Below the pieces are notes generated by a model. It was given only the letters and a program-made list of their open reading frames with translations. It ran no database searches and was not told the DNA's origin. DNA of 64,000 bases from a virus, in IMG/VR virus record IMGVR_UViG_3300032296_002111, positions 3,880 to 67,879 of that record; one strand, 5' to 3'. Below, in pieces: positions 19,117 to 30,726 of the stretch (its first letter is position 1; each line of letters starts with the position of its first letter). Position numbers and translations under genes: made by a program.

Positions 19117-22100
19117 ATGGCTAAACTTCCTTGCGTTCCTGAATCCCGAATGTTCACTTTGAAGGACACGGGAGAAACAATGTCCTACGACCAGGTGCGT
19201 CAGTACCTGATGGAGAACCCAGACATTTGGCTTGGGGCGAAGGAGGGCAAGGAAGTGGCTATGCCGAAGGGAGAAACGAAGCCATTGTCTGCCGAGCAAG
19301 AACTCTCCCAAGCATTCAAAAAGTGGAAGGAAAGTTTTGGCAAAATGGGTATCATATTCGACCCAGCAAAACCGCCAAAAGATGATATTGAATTTTTTAA
19401 TGCCATCCGTGCTTACGTTGTTAGGAAGTTTAACGAGGGGGCGTATTCGGTTAAGCAGTTTATTAAAGACTTAATTGAAGAAGGCATTCCCGATGTTAAG
19501 GAACAACAGAAGGTTTGGGAAAGGTTTTATGATGAGAGCATTCCATCTGAAAAATCCGAAGGAAAGAAAGAAGCTCCGAAACCTCCAAAGCCCCCGGTAA
19601 CGCCTCCTCCAACTCAAGGCAAGGAAATGCCAGAGGGAGAGAAAATGGAGCGTGGATTCGTCACCTCAATAAAGGAGGCAACGGATATTCGTGAGGATGT
19701 AAAGGAGGCTTTGATAGGAGGCCGCTCAACATATACAAGGCTTCCAAATATAGTTAGTGTAAGAGAGGCCAATGCCATCTTAAACGCAATCGGAATAGAG
19801 GAGGCTAAAAAACTCATAACTGCCGTTAGTAGCGACATTCCATTTGCGTTCAGAACTACTCTTGGCCAAGTATTGATAAAGAGGCTGAATGAAGAAGAAA
19901 AGTTTAAAGAGGCCGTTAATGTAGTTGAAGATGTCGCAGAACTTTCCACAGGACTTGCTCAAGGACTTCAAGCATTATCATTGCTTCAATATTTAACACC
20001 AGCAGGGCAATTATTGGCAGCACAAAGAGATATTAACAAAATTCGCCAAAAGAAGTTCAGCGAACACGAAGACCAAATAAAAAAGCTAAAGGCGCAGCTT
20101 GAGGCTCTTAATAAACAAATCGTTGAGCAAGCCATTAATAATGTTTCTGACAAAACACAAGACGTTGCTACTCCTGAATCTCAACCAAAAGGGTATGGAG
20201 AGTCTAACAAGATAGTAACTAAAAGTGCGTTTAATAAAGCCCTTGAAAGACTGCGCCAAGCCAAGTTCTTTACTGGCGTTCCTCCTGAACTTATTGAGAT
20301 TGCCATTTATCACATAGAGGCAGGCTCAAGGGAGTTTGGGGAGTTCAGCAGAAAAATGGTTCAAACTGTTGGCAAAAAAGTTAAGCCATATTTAAAAAGT
20401 GCATATAGAGCAGCTCAAAAACGATTGGGCGGAGAGGGATATTCTTCGGATGCCGACATTGCCACCTATATGACTAAGGATATTGACAAGGATATTGTAA
20501 GCGTTCTTAGGCAATCGGGAGAAAAGATTCAAGAAATTATTCGACAACACTACACCGTAGCCGAAGAAGTTAAACAAACTCTTTCAGAAAAGCTCCAAAA
20601 GAAACTTGGCCTATCTAAAAAGGATGCGGATGCAATTCAAAAAGCTGTAAGCACGGAGTTTGACAAACTTGCTACGGAAAAGAAAGAGAAGGCTGTTGGT
20701 TCAATATATAAAAGGCTTGCTCGCAAGAAGCCAATAAGCAAAACAGCTTCTCAGAGATTGATAGAGTTTTCCAACCTTGGGGCATTTGATGAAAAGACCT
20801 TTAAGGAGGAATACGCAAAAGCAATGGGCTTCCCTGAATTGACAGAGGCAGATGCTAAAAAAATCAAGGAACTTGCTGATAAAGTTCAAAACGCCCCAGA
20901 AGGCGCTCCGAAGCAAAAAGCGATAACTGATTTGCTTAACTACCGCCAAACAATAGGAGGCGTTTCTCTATTAGAAAAATCATCAAGCCTTTTCGTTGCT
21001 GCCCTTCTTTCTGGAGCAGAAACGCAATCTCGAAACTTATTTGGTAATGCATTTAACTTGGGGTTGAGTGTGTTAAATATTGGCCTACAATCACTTGAAA
21101 ATCCAAAGCAATTGCCATTTTTATTGCAAGGGCTAACCTATGGAATAGCACAAGGAGCATTAGAGGGAACATACACTTTGACAACGGGCTATCCTCCATT
21201 CAAGGGGAAAGAAGATGTTTCGGCAATTCTTGAGCTTGTTAATTTTTATGGAGGTCGTAAGAATCCATTTAATTATTACAAATATGTAAATAGGATGCAA
21301 CTTGCTGTTGATGCTTTATTTTATGAGCCTCTAAAAGAAATGAGGGCAAGACAATTTGCTCTTACGCAAGCACGCAATGAGTTTCCCGACCAAAACGCCA
21401 TACAAAAGGCTATAGAACTTGTTAACGAGGGAGATGATGCCTATAAACTAGCGCAACAACAGGCGAAAGAAGAATATGAGGCTGAGATAAAAAAGATTGA
21501 GTCCGACAAGTCTTTAAAAGGAAATAAAAAGAGAGTACAAATATTTAACGCCAAATTAGAGCGTGTTAAAAGGGTTCGCAATATTCTTGAGCAATCAAGG
21601 GGCGAGCAGCTTGTTTCGGAGGCCACTGACTTTGGGTTAAGAAACACATTCAATAATCCTCCAGAAGGTTTATTAGGTGTGTTGGCTCAGGCAATGAATT
21701 TTGTTACAAACAGACTGCCATTGGTGAAGTTTGAAATCCCATTTGTAAATGTGATAACAAATGCCGCCAATATGGCTCTTGATTATACGCCAGTTGGCCT
21801 TGTAAGAATGATGAGGGGCGGGTCTATTACAGGAAATTTAAAGAAGCCTTTATCTGAACAAGAAAAAGCAAATTTGCGAGTTAGGGCAATGACTGGTTTG
21901 ACCGTAATGTTTGCAGCATTTTTATTAAGTGAGCCAATAGGAGATGATGACGAACCGATTATTGAAATCACCGCAGATGGATATAATGATTATCAAAAAA
22001 ATGAGGACCTTGAGAAAACAGGATGGAGGCCATATTCAATTAAAATAGGAGATAAATGGTGGAGCTATAAACTTACTCCTCTTATAGGGGTTCTTGGTTT

Positions 22101-23322
22101 AGTTGGGGCCTATCGTGACCAACAAAAATATCACAAGGCAAAAATTGACCAAACAACTTCACAGCGTTTAGGAATTGCTGCGGCAATTTCTATGTCAACT
22201 ATATTAGAAACATCATTCTTATCATCAGCTGAAACCTTCCTGAGCGGACTTATGGGTTTTGCCCTTAAAAATGATAAAGGCGAAAAGATGAAAGAATGGG
22301 CTACAAAGAAAGCAACAGCATTTGTCCCTGTTTTAGGCACAAACTTTTATCAGCAGATAGCAAAAGCTGTTCAGCAGCAATTTGATATTCCTGACAAAGA
22401 GTATAAAGGAACATATTGGGGCCGATTCTTACGATTCATTCCTGTTGCAAGGGATATGTATGAAAACTCTGTCAATGGACTTGGCGAAGAGCTTCCTCCA
22501 AAGAAAGCAGGGATTCTGTATTCTGTAGAGAACAAAGGGCCATACGCAAAGCTATGGAATCTCCTTGCCGAAAAGAACTCAAACACAGGCAAACCAGACC
22601 GCAGAGGGGCTTCTTATATTGACAAAGATGGCAATCAGAAGGCAATGAATGATGAGCAATTCTATTTCTTCAGCAAGCAACGTGGAGAATACCTTCGCAC
22701 TCTTATGATGGTCAATTATGATAATTTGAAAAACATGGATGTAAAAGAGTTTGCCGATTGGATGGAGAACGCTCGCAAAGGGGCAAATAGCTATGCCAAT
22801 GGAGAACTTGCGCTTCGTGATGAAAAGCAGATATACGAAAAGAGCCTTCAGAAATATGAAGGGGAGTCCAATCACGAAAAGTCAAAAGTTATTTATGCCA
22901 TAGAGGCGAATGATGTTAAGTCTGGGAGGTCTGCCTACAAGAAATATCTATCCCTTACTACAAAGGACGAGGATGATGCAAGCAAGGATATATTCACAAA
23001 GATTGTGAGCGATTCTGATATTCTTCCGAAGGGCATTTCTGCGGACGACAAGCAAAGTTTCTACGAGGGACTTTTTGAGGGAAATGACGAGGCTGAAATC
23101 ACAATTAAGAAAGAGAACGCTGAAGGCCAGGTGGAAGAAACAACTGCTACCTTTAAGGAAGTGTTCTCGCCTGCACAAAGAGAAAAACTCATCAATCTTT
23201 ATAAGCAAAAGGCGGCATCCGTTGCTCCAAAGCTGAAGAAGATGGACGAGATTATGGGAACGGAATATTCCGAAGACTATAGTGGCCCTGCTATATGGAG
23301 GCAATACATTACCGAGGAATAG
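19117..23322 (+). CDS. Giant internal virion/ejection protein
   Basis: 1401 aa, helical; IPFVNV and GWRPYSIKIGDKWWSY motifs typical of large phage DNA-transfer proteins. Confidence 0.6.
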   Translation: MAKLPCVPESRMFTLKDTGETMSYDQVRQYLMENPDIWLGAKEGKEVAMPKGETKPLSAEQELSQAFKKWKESFGKMGIIFDPAKPPKDDIEFFNAIRAYVVRKFNEGAYSVKQFIKDLIEEGIPDVKEQQKVWERFYDESIPSEKSEGKKEAPKPPKPPVTPPPTQGKEMPEGEKMERGFVTSIKEATDIREDVKEALIGGRSTYTRLPNIVSVREANAILNAIGIEEAKKLITAVSSDIPFAFRTTLGQVLIKRLNEEEKFKEAVNVVEDVAELSTGLAQGLQALSLLQYLTPAGQLLAAQRDINKIRQKKFSEHEDQIKKLKAQLEALNKQIVEQAINNVSDKTQDVATPESQPKGYGESNKIVTKSAFNKALERLRQAKFFTGVPPELIEIAIYHIEAGSREFGEFSRKMVQTVGKKVKPYLKSAYRAAQKRLGGEGYSSDADIATYMTKDIDKDIVSVLRQSGEKIQEIIRQHYTVAEEVKQTLSEKLQKKLGLSKKDADAIQKAVSTEFDKLATEKKEKAVGSIYKRLARKKPISKTASQRLIEFSNLGAFDEKTFKEEYAKAMGFPELTEADAKKIKELADKVQNAPEGAPKQKAITDLLNYRQTIGGVSLLEKSSSLFVAALLSGAETQSRNLFGNAFNLGLSVLNIGLQSLENPKQLPFLLQGLTYGIAQGALEGTYTLTTGYPPFKGKEDVSAILELVNFYGGRKNPFNYYKYVNRMQLAVDALFYEPLKEMRARQFALTQARNEFPDQNAIQKAIELVNEGDDAYKLAQQQAKEEYEAEIKKIESDKSLKGNKKRVQIFNAKLERVKRVRNILEQSRGEQLVSEATDFGLRNTFNNPPEGLLGVLAQAMNFVTNRLPLVKFEIPFVNVITNAANMALDYTPVGLVRMMRGGSITGNLKKPLSEQEKANLRVRAMTGLTVMFAAFLLSEPIGDDDEPIIEITADGYNDYQKNEDLEKTGWRPYSIKIGDKWWSYKLTPLIGVLGLVGAYRDQQKYHKAKIDQTTSQRLGIAAAISMSTILETSFLSSAETFLSGLMGFALKNDKGEKMKEWATKKATAFVPVLGTNFYQQIAKAVQQQFDIPDKEYKGTYWGRFLRFIPVARDMYENSVNGLGEELPPKKAGILYSVENKGPYAKLWNLLAEKNSNTGKPDRRGASYIDKDGNQKAMNDEQFYFFSKQRGEYLRTLMMVNYDNLKNMDVKEFADWMENARKGANSYANGELALRDEKQIYEKSLQKYEGESNHEKSKVIYAIEANDVKSGRSAYKKYLSLTTKDEDDASKDIFTKIVSDSDILPKGISADDKQSFYEGLFEGNDEAEITIKKENAEGQVEETTATFKEVFSPAQREKLINLYKQKAASVAPKLKKMDEIMGTEYSEDYSGPAIWRQYITEE

Positions 23323-23325
23323 TCG

Positions 23326-23333
23326 TAACTTTG
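23326..23333 (+). promoter_or_regulatory. TAnnTTTG box 4 nt upstream of ATG
   Basis: TAACTTTG; ATG at 23338. Confidence 0.65.
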
Positions 23334-23337
23334 TGAT

Positions 23338-26300
23338 ATGATACACAGAATTGACCGGGTGAACCCCGATGTGGACGACAGGGTGATTAAGCCTAACGAG
23401 GCACGTTTCGCAGAGAACCTGCGTTTCGGTGCTTCTACGGAGGACACGAACCTTTCGGGCGGAACGCTCATTCTGGGTAATACGCAGCTTGATTTCGTTC
23501 CTCCTGCGGGAGTGAATAAGGTGGTGGGTACGCTCAGTGACCTTGAGAACCGTGTCGTTTACTTTGCTATGTATAATGACAACGGAACGGAAGACGGGAA
23601 GCAGCATGGCATCTATCGTATCAATAGCGGAACTGATGATTCTGTTGATACCATAGCGCAAGGGAATTGGCTGAACTTTCAATCGGACGACACATACAAC
23701 GTATCTATGGCCACCATTCGTGGCCTCCTTTATTGGACGGACAATGTGAACGAGCCTCGGGTGATAAACATCGAGAAGGGCATCAGAACGCAAACGGGAG
23801 CCACAGAGGACATCTATCCATTCCCAATAGAGGATTGGCACTATACGCAAATCAAGAGGCCGCCAGGTCAGGCGTTGTTAGTTAACCCGCAATTAGAGAA
23901 TGACCTTCCTGGGGTTAGTCTTACAAAACAGAATAGGGCGCTCACCCAAACGGGATTCCAATATTCGTATTATTATGTGTATGATAACAATGAGGAAAGC
24001 CGTCTTGCCCCATACTCTATTGACACATTCTCAAACTATAATGTAACCCTTACGATTCCTGAAGCCGAGTTTAACGCTTATGCTTCCAATGCTCAAATCA
24101 TAAAGGCTTTTGTGATTGTCATAAGGAATGGCAATGATGGAGTTTGGAGGGAGTTAAGGTACATAAAAAACGATGGGGCTACGAGGACATTCTTGTTTAG
24201 AGATATTCTTTCTACAAGTTTATCGCTAGTATCCTCTGACATAGTGGATGCACGGTATGATTCTGTTCCATTGGTGAGCAAAACAAACGAGATTGCTCAA
24301 AATAGGCTCAATCACGCAAACTATGTAGTTGATTATCCTAGAATAGATGGAATTGAGTTTAAGGCTTCTATTACCAGAATAACTTCTTTAGAAGACGAAA
24401 ATATATACAATGACCGCACAGACCGTTCTTTTGTGCCTTGGGGTAGGTATAATATAGGAGTGGAGTTTGTTGATAAATATGGAAGAACGCAGCCAGTATC
24501 AAACGTATCGGAAGCTATAGCAGGAGTTTGGCTTTCTGATTATACTACATCAGACGGAAGTGGATATGGCAACTCAATACCCTTAGAGAATGTAAATTCC
24601 TATATTGGTGTTACTCCTACGATTACAGACCAAAAGTATTATAGACGAGTTGCTGAATATTCAATAAAGGGGGACATTCCTGATTGGGTGGATAGGGTGA
24701 ATATTGTACGAAGCAAGGCTAAGAACATTATTCAGTTCAATCAGTCAATGGGTCGTATTTATTTGTGGTATCAAAAAAATGCAGGAGGCGACTATTTCTT
24801 TACATGGGTTCCATACGCCATAAACCCATACATAGTTAATCAGCCACAGAATAAGTGGAATATGAATGAAATATATGATGGAGGCGATACGAACACTAAA
24901 TATACATTCATAGGCTATGTGGTGGAGTTTGCTGCAAACGAGGGGTTTGTAGCCTCAGAAAATCAATATATTTATTTCAATACAGACTTTTCAGCAGGAG
25001 GCGACCCAACTCCAAACAATGAGGTTTACGCAACAATATCAAAGTTTAAAGTAAACAACATTATTGGCAATAGGATATATGTAAAAGCCTCGGATGGAGT
25101 TCAAATCAATCCAAATTTTGAAGGATATGAAACGTCTCAGGAGGATAGGACAATAACTCCATACACGCTACCAGTGGCCTGTTTCAATACAGAGATTACT
25201 GAGTTCGGGCAAATGAGTAATATAAATAACTACATACCACTATTTTACAATTTTACCTTAACGCAAGAGGGAAATTTTGATGAGCAAATATTATATACTA
25301 CAGAGGCAACATACACGGCTAAAGAGTATAAAGATGCAATTGCTATTAATGGAGAAGTTAAGGGATATTTGTTTGGAGATGCAAGAATTTCTCTGTCGCT
25401 AAAAACTACTATAGCTCAATCATATAATATAAAGATTTTTAACCCAGGCCAAATCAACGGACAGCCAGTCATAAAAGATGCTGTTCAGAATATTAACGCT
25501 CAAGGATGGTATGGGTTCTTTATCTCAATGTCCCCAATAGACATTTTCAATCAGAAATGGAACCAGAATATTGGACAGGTTAACACAACAAGCTATCTTG
25601 ACTCCCAAAATTTAAGACAGGACAATCAAATCTGTTTCTCCAATCCAACAGTGGGGTCAACGCAAGTGAATGGACTAAACAAGTTCAACTCTGCCGACTT
25701 CCGTTCCGCTCCTGTGGAGAATGGGCCAATTACGGCACTCATTAACACAAACGCCACACAAAGGGAGCCGGGCGTACTTCTTGCCGTAGGGGCATACGGA
25801 GTGAGTTCGTTCTATTACGATGCCGTTCAGCTTACGAATGTTGACGGAACATCAAACGTAACGACAACCAATTCCTACCTTGCCTCTCAAAGGCCGCTGC
25901 TTGGGCAGTTCGGAACGTCAAGGCCAATGTCCATCACCAAAACGCCACTGTCCACTGTTTATTGGTGGAGCGATGTGGTGAACGACTTGGTTCGTTATAG
26001 CAACGCAGGGCTTGAGCGCCTTGGCTTAACGTATTCGTTCAGCAACTATCTTCGGCAGACATACGGAGGGAACGCCCTCATCACTACTTGGTACGACCAA
26101 GTGACAGATGAAATCAATCTTGTCGGGAAGGGACTCGCCACTGCTACGTTCAGTGAGCGCTACAAAACCTTCCAAGGGACAAGAAGCTACATCAACGGGG
26201 ACATCTCTCCAGAACGCTCCATAGGGGCCGCTACGAAGTTCTATAACTTCCTTGGAGGTGAGATATGGAAAACGGATGTGAACAACACAGCGGCCAACGA

Positions 26301-26670
26301 TAGCCAGTTATTTGGCGAATATAAAATGCCAAAGGTGGCCATCATTACAAACGAGCAGCCTGCTGTAATGAAAACGTGGAATCAAATAAAAATGTTTGGC
26401 CCACATCCCACAACGACAGAACTTGTTGCCGTAGCTAATAGCACAGTGAGTAGCGGAAACCTGCTTTCAACCATTGATTACAATTGGTGGATAGAAAGAA
26501 AGAATGTGTGGGAGGCCGCCATCAGGCGTTCTATTACATCACAAGGTGGGGTTCTTGCAGGAAAAATAATGGAAAGTAGAATATTATATTCTATTTTTGC
26601 ATTCGACCCTCAGTCTTTTGATAAAATCAACTTTATTGAGGTGAAGAGCAATTCATCGATAGTACAATAG
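23338..26670 (+). CDS. Tail stabilisation/muzzle protein (P22 gp10-like, crAss-like)
   Basis: NPDVDDR..NEARFAENLR, LLYWTDNVNEPRVINI, FQYSYYYVYDNNEES, QNRLNHANY. Confidence 0.75.
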   Translation: MIHRIDRVNPDVDDRVIKPNEARFAENLRFGASTEDTNLSGGTLILGNTQLDFVPPAGVNKVVGTLSDLENRVVYFAMYNDNGTEDGKQHGIYRINSGTDDSVDTIAQGNWLNFQSDDTYNVSMATIRGLLYWTDNVNEPRVINIEKGIRTQTGATEDIYPFPIEDWHYTQIKRPPGQALLVNPQLENDLPGVSLTKQNRALTQTGFQYSYYYVYDNNEESRLAPYSIDTFSNYNVTLTIPEAEFNAYASNAQIIKAFVIVIRNGNDGVWRELRYIKNDGATRTFLFRDILSTSLSLVSSDIVDARYDSVPLVSKTNEIAQNRLNHANYVVDYPRIDGIEFKASITRITSLEDENIYNDRTDRSFVPWGRYNIGVEFVDKYGRTQPVSNVSEAIAGVWLSDYTTSDGSGYGNSIPLENVNSYIGVTPTITDQKYYRRVAEYSIKGDIPDWVDRVNIVRSKAKNIIQFNQSMGRIYLWYQKNAGGDYFFTWVPYAINPYIVNQPQNKWNMNEIYDGGDTNTKYTFIGYVVEFAANEGFVASENQYIYFNTDFSAGGDPTPNNEVYATISKFKVNNIIGNRIYVKASDGVQINPNFEGYETSQEDRTITPYTLPVACFNTEITEFGQMSNINNYIPLFYNFTLTQEGNFDEQILYTTEATYTAKEYKDAIAINGEVKGYLFGDARISLSLKTTIAQSYNIKIFNPGQINGQPVIKDAVQNINAQGWYGFFISMSPIDIFNQKWNQNIGQVNTTSYLDSQNLRQDNQICFSNPTVGSTQVNGLNKFNSADFRSAPVENGPITALINTNATQREPGVLLAVGAYGVSSFYYDAVQLTNVDGTSNVTTTNSYLASQRPLLGQFGTSRPMSITKTPLSTVYWWSDVVNDLVRYSNAGLERLGLTYSFSNYLRQTYGGNALITTWYDQVTDEINLVGKGLATATFSERYKTFQGTRSYINGDISPERSIGAATKFYNFLGGEIWKTDVNNTAANDSQLFGEYKMPKVAIITNEQPAVMKTWNQIKMFGPHPTTTELVAVANSTVSSGNLLSTIDYNWWIERKNVWEAAIRRSITSQGGVLAGKIMESRILYSIFAFDPQSFDKINFIEVKSNSSIVQ

Positions 26671-26676
26671 GAATGT

Positions 26677-27453
26677 ATGGCAGAGTTTGATTACAACCAA
26701 CTTATTCAGCCCGCAGTAGGAGCAGGACTTTCATTTGCAGGGTCTATTCCTCAAATGATTGAGGCAAGAAGGCTTCGAAAAGAACGTGAACGTCTTTTGC
26801 AAGAGGGCGCTCCTGGCCTTTCTCCTATGGAGCAGGAACAGCTTGCTGCTGCTCGTGCAAGGGCCGCTTCTTCTCTCGCTCCGGGGTATGCTCAGGAGAT
26901 GGAAGGAATTGCTCAGACACAAGGAGATGTTCTTGGTGCTGCCAAGAGGGCTGGAATCTCAGGGTCGAATCTGCTGAACACGTTAAGCCGTTTGAATATG
27001 CAGGGACAAGCCGCAAGGCGCAATCTTGCTGTTCGTGGCGCACAGGCTCAGAGGGCTTCTCAGGAGGACTTGCAGAACCTCGCTATGGCTGCTGATGCAA
27101 GAAGGCAGGGAAGGGTTCAGAATTGGGAGGCTAAACTGGCGGCAATGGATGCGGCTCGCAGGCAGTACAACGCTGCTGCTGCACAAAGTCCGCTACAAGG
27201 AGCTTTAGCATTCATGCCAAGAGAAGGATTTAAGTTTGGGACAAAAGATGTATCCACTGGAGGGGCAAGTCCATATAAATCATTTACTGAAATCCCAACT
27301 CAATTTGCAGAAAAGGAGCCAATGTTTAATCCTTATGCCGCACAGAATGCAGCAGGAATGAAAATGACAACTCCAACAGGACCGGGCGCAACTCCTCCTA
27401 TTGGGACTTTATATGATAGTCCTGTAAGGCTAAATCCATATTACAGATTCTAA
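26677..27453 (+). CDS. Putative cargo/pilot protein
   Basis: A/Q/R-rich helical protein between tail and portal genes. Confidence 0.5.
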   Translation: MAEFDYNQLIQPAVGAGLSFAGSIPQMIEARRLRKERERLLQEGAPGLSPMEQEQLAAARARAASSLAPGYAQEMEGIAQTQGDVLGAAKRAGISGSNLLNTLSRLNMQGQAARRNLAVRGAQAQRASQEDLQNLAMAADARRQGRVQNWEAKLAAMDAARRQYNAAAAQSPLQGALAFMPREGFKFGTKDVSTGGASPYKSFTEIPTQFAEKEPMFNPYAAQNAAGMKMTTPTGPGATPPIGTLYDSPVRLNPYYRF

Positions 27454-29736
27454 ATGTTCGCACCAGACCTATCCCTTCCGTTTGAGAAAAAGAAGTCCAA
27501 GGAGTTCGGGAAGGACTTTGCTTCAGGGCTTGAAACATGGCACTTGATGCAAATTGAGAGTCCGAACTTCCCTAAGCGGAAATGGGCGGAGAACTATCAA
27601 TATGCGTTAGGCAACCAATCCTATTTGCGTACCATTCAGCCCATAGATAACCTAGGGGCCAATGATAGCCAAACGCTCATAGCTGCTGATTTGCGGAACA
27701 TGAAGCTCACTTCCACGATACTTGAGAGTATTGTAGGCAAGTTGAACCGCCAGAAGTTCCGCCCAACGGTGAGCATGATTGACAGCCTTGCAATGGGGCA
27801 GCGTGAGGACATGAAGGCCAAAATGGAGCTTGCCATGTATCTCAAGCAGCAGAACGCTGAGATGGGGCAGATATTGCAGCAGCTTGGCCTTACGCCCGAT
27901 GAAGTTCCAATGGACACAACGGAGCTTCAAATTATGCTTGATTGTATGCCTCAGTTTGTTGAGGAAATGAACATTGAGCTGGCCTTGTCGAAAATAGGAC
28001 ACGAAAACAATTTGGAAACCCTTGCGAGGATGACGGACTATGATGACGCCATCACTTCCGTAAGGGGCCATTATATCAATAGAGTAAATGGAAAGCGGCA
28101 AATTGAATGGCTTGACCCTCTTAATAGCGGTCATAGTATGTCCTTTTATCCTGATGGCCGTGATATTGTTTGGTCTTATAGGATTCGGCCTGTACCTGTT
28201 GAACAGGTGCGTATCGAGGCACAGGAATTTCTTACGGACAACGAACTTAATAACCTTAGAGGAGGCCAATTTAGTGTCCTCTACAACTGGCTCTACTGGT
28301 GGGCAGCCCCAGGAGCGAACAACTACCTCGCAACTTTTAACAACACTTACACCGATTATGTTCTCGTCATGGACTTTGAGTTCGTCTCCACAGACGTGCT
28401 TTACACCAACATTAAGAACGGACGGGCGTACAATGGATATTCCAAAAAGACTCCCGGAAAAGATGGTGATGTCTATACTGCCAAGGTGCAAAACCTTTTC
28501 GGGGGTAAGTACATTTGCGGAAGCGGGTATGTCTATGACTACGGTGTCAAGCCTGGAATACGGCAACCTATCGTAACTCGTAATGAGGATGCGTTCAAGG
28601 TAAATGCCTCGAAGGTATATGGCTCATTCGTGTGGCATCACTCTTCAATGATAAGGGGCGAATCTACGTCCATCCTTGATAGAGCCAAGCCGCACATTGA
28701 CGCTATTGAAGACACCTTCAAGAAGTTTAAGACATACGTTAAGGAGTTTCTTCCTTGGATGATAAGGGTGGACCAAGATGCCTTGGCCGACCTTGCCATG
28801 AAGGAAGGCGACAATGTCACTGCCGAGGACTTAATGACTACGCTATTGGAGCGTGGCCTTGGCGTTGTTTCTTCCTCCGCCTATAAGGGCTTCCACAACG
28901 CAAGCGTTAAGGATGCCATTTCCATTATGGAGAATGCAGGGGGAGGAAACCTCCAAGTGCTGTGGAGCTTATTGCTTCAGCAAATCAACCTCCTGCACGA
29001 TGTAGTGGGCGTTCCAAAGGTGGACACAGGAGGAGGCGTAAGTCCTGAGCAAGGAAAAGCCGTTACGCAAATGCTTCTTCAGGGAAGCGACAATGTTCTC
29101 TCTGGACTCATGGAGGCTAAAATACGTTTGTATAGCAGCCTTTGGGAGAACTTGATGTACGACATTATGCAAACCGGAGAATCGGGAGTGGCTAACAATA
29201 GGGCTTTCTCCATTCCTCCGGGCAATCCTGACGAGAGGATTCCAAATCTCGTTGTTGAGCCTTTGCCAACGGACACTGACTGGCAGGACCTGTTTGCAAA
29301 AGCACAGCAAGCTCTCGCAGCGGGGACGCTGACAATAGACCAATATGCCTACCTGAAAATCATAGACAATATGAAGCAGGCGTGGGGCTATTTGGCCGTT
29401 CAGCAGAAGCGCACAGAAATAAAGAAGGCACAGATGCAGCAAATGGCCGACCAAGCCAACACGGAGCGTCAGATGCTTTCCAATCAGCAGGCGCAAGAGG
29501 GGAAAGAAAGACTTGAACAAATTAAAATTTTTGGCAACATATTACAGGAGTATGCGAAGGCTGCCTTTGCCGACCCTATGAATAATGAGAGCCAAAATGT
29601 AATTTTGCAAAAAATACAAATAGAGTTAGAAAAATTGTATGGAACAGGAGGTAATCAACCAAGTGGCGGAGCAGCTGGACAACAGCCAGCAGAGCTTGCC
29701 GGAGGGTCAGCCGCAGTTAGCGGAGAACCCGTTTAA
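27454..29736 (+). CDS. Portal protein (crAss-like)
   Basis: 760 aa; NYQYALGNQ, IEWLDP, VLVMDFEF, Q-rich C-terminal barrel; precedes scaffold and capsid. Confidence 0.8.
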   Translation: MFAPDLSLPFEKKKSKEFGKDFASGLETWHLMQIESPNFPKRKWAENYQYALGNQSYLRTIQPIDNLGANDSQTLIAADLRNMKLTSTILESIVGKLNRQKFRPTVSMIDSLAMGQREDMKAKMELAMYLKQQNAEMGQILQQLGLTPDEVPMDTTELQIMLDCMPQFVEEMNIELALSKIGHENNLETLARMTDYDDAITSVRGHYINRVNGKRQIEWLDPLNSGHSMSFYPDGRDIVWSYRIRPVPVEQVRIEAQEFLTDNELNNLRGGQFSVLYNWLYWWAAPGANNYLATFNNTYTDYVLVMDFEFVSTDVLYTNIKNGRAYNGYSKKTPGKDGDVYTAKVQNLFGGKYICGSGYVYDYGVKPGIRQPIVTRNEDAFKVNASKVYGSFVWHHSSMIRGESTSILDRAKPHIDAIEDTFKKFKTYVKEFLPWMIRVDQDALADLAMKEGDNVTAEDLMTTLLERGLGVVSSSAYKGFHNASVKDAISIMENAGGGNLQVLWSLLLQQINLLHDVVGVPKVDTGGGVSPEQGKAVTQMLLQGSDNVLSGLMEAKIRLYSSLWENLMYDIMQTGESGVANNRAFSIPPGNPDERIPNLVVEPLPTDTDWQDLFAKAQQALAAGTLTIDQYAYLKIIDNMKQAWGYLAVQQKRTEIKKAQMQQMADQANTERQMLSNQQAQEGKERLEQIKIFGNILQEYAKAAFADPMNNESQNVILQKIQIELEKLYGTGGNQPSGGAAGQQPAELAGGSAAVSGEPV

Positions 29737-30706
29737 AGTAACAAGCGTTAAGCCTGCCGATGCAGACGCTCCCTTAAACTATATAGAGGGGAACGAGCCG
29801 CAGGAGGAAGCTCCTATTCAGGAGGAAGCGCAAGAAGAAGTTCAGCAGGAAACACAACAGGCCGTAGAGGATATAGATGCCCTTCGTGCTAAACTTGCTG
29901 AACTAGAAGCGAAGCTTTCCGAGTCCCCTAAGACAAAGGTGGAATATCGGATGCCAGACGAAGTGAGGGAATTATTAGAGAATCCCGCAACGCTTCAAAT
30001 TCTTAATCAGGACTACGAAAATATGCCAGTCCTTGAGCTGATTAAGAACGCCTTTAAGGAAGCAAATCCTTGGGCAAAAACGGACAGGCACATTGAAACG
30101 CACTTGAGAAGGCAATATCCCGATATTGACTTTGACATACCTGAGAATCTTGGACTCTCTGAAGAGGATTATGATGCGATAGCTTGGCAAGCCGAGGGCA
30201 TACGCCAGAATCTCATCAATCAACAGAACGAGGTTAAAGGGAAGTTAGAAGCCGCAAAGGCTCCTGTTACCACTCAAGCCGACCTTGATGCGTACCAAAA
30301 TGCGTTTCAAGGATTGGTGGAAGAAGGTATCAAGAGTTTGAAGCCTGAGCCACTGTCCTTGGACATTCCAGGGTATAAGATGCCTCAGGTGGACTTTGAA
30401 AAGATTCGGGATATTGTTTATAGTGACGCTGTTCCGCTGTCTTTGGATTCCGAAGGCAATGTGTGGCCTAACATGAAGGCTGCATCAGCTATGGCTGAAT
30501 TGGAATTGCTCAAGAGTCAGATTCCGGCGATGCTGGAAGCGGCCCGTAGAGCGGCTCCGAAGGAGGCTGTGGAAGCCATCAGTAGAACGCTGAACAATCA
30601 AGTGCCACAAAATAACGTCGCACCAATCAATCCACAACAAGTGGCGCAGGCTAAGTCGGCAACGCTTGGAGGGTTGAGGATAGTGGGCGTTCAGTCTAAT
30701 TTTTAA
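29639..30706 (+). CDS. Scaffolding-like protein
   Basis: Acidic, coiled-coil, between portal and major capsid. Confidence 0.6.
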   Translation: MEQEVINQVAEQLDNSQQSLPEGQPQLAENPFKVTSVKPADADAPLNYIEGNEPQEEAPIQEEAQEEVQQETQQAVEDIDALRAKLAELEAKLSESPKTKVEYRMPDEVRELLENPATLQILNQDYENMPVLELIKNAFKEANPWAKTDRHIETHLRRQYPDIDFDIPENLGLSEEDYDAIAWQAEGIRQNLINQQNEVKGKLEAAKAPVTTQADLDAYQNAFQGLVEEGIKSLKPEPLSLDIPGYKMPQVDFEKIRDIVYSDAVPLSLDSEGNVWPNMKAASAMAELELLKSQIPAMLEAARRAAPKEAVEAISRTLNNQVPQNNVAPINPQQVAQAKSATLGGLRIVGVQSNF

Positions 30707-30726
30707 TCTTTTAGAAAAACAAAAAA

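Noticed and set aside
22948-29520. Long antisense ORFs (22948-23850, 27652-28566, 28969-29520)
   Set aside because: Shadow frames opposite well-supported structural genes; no motifs.
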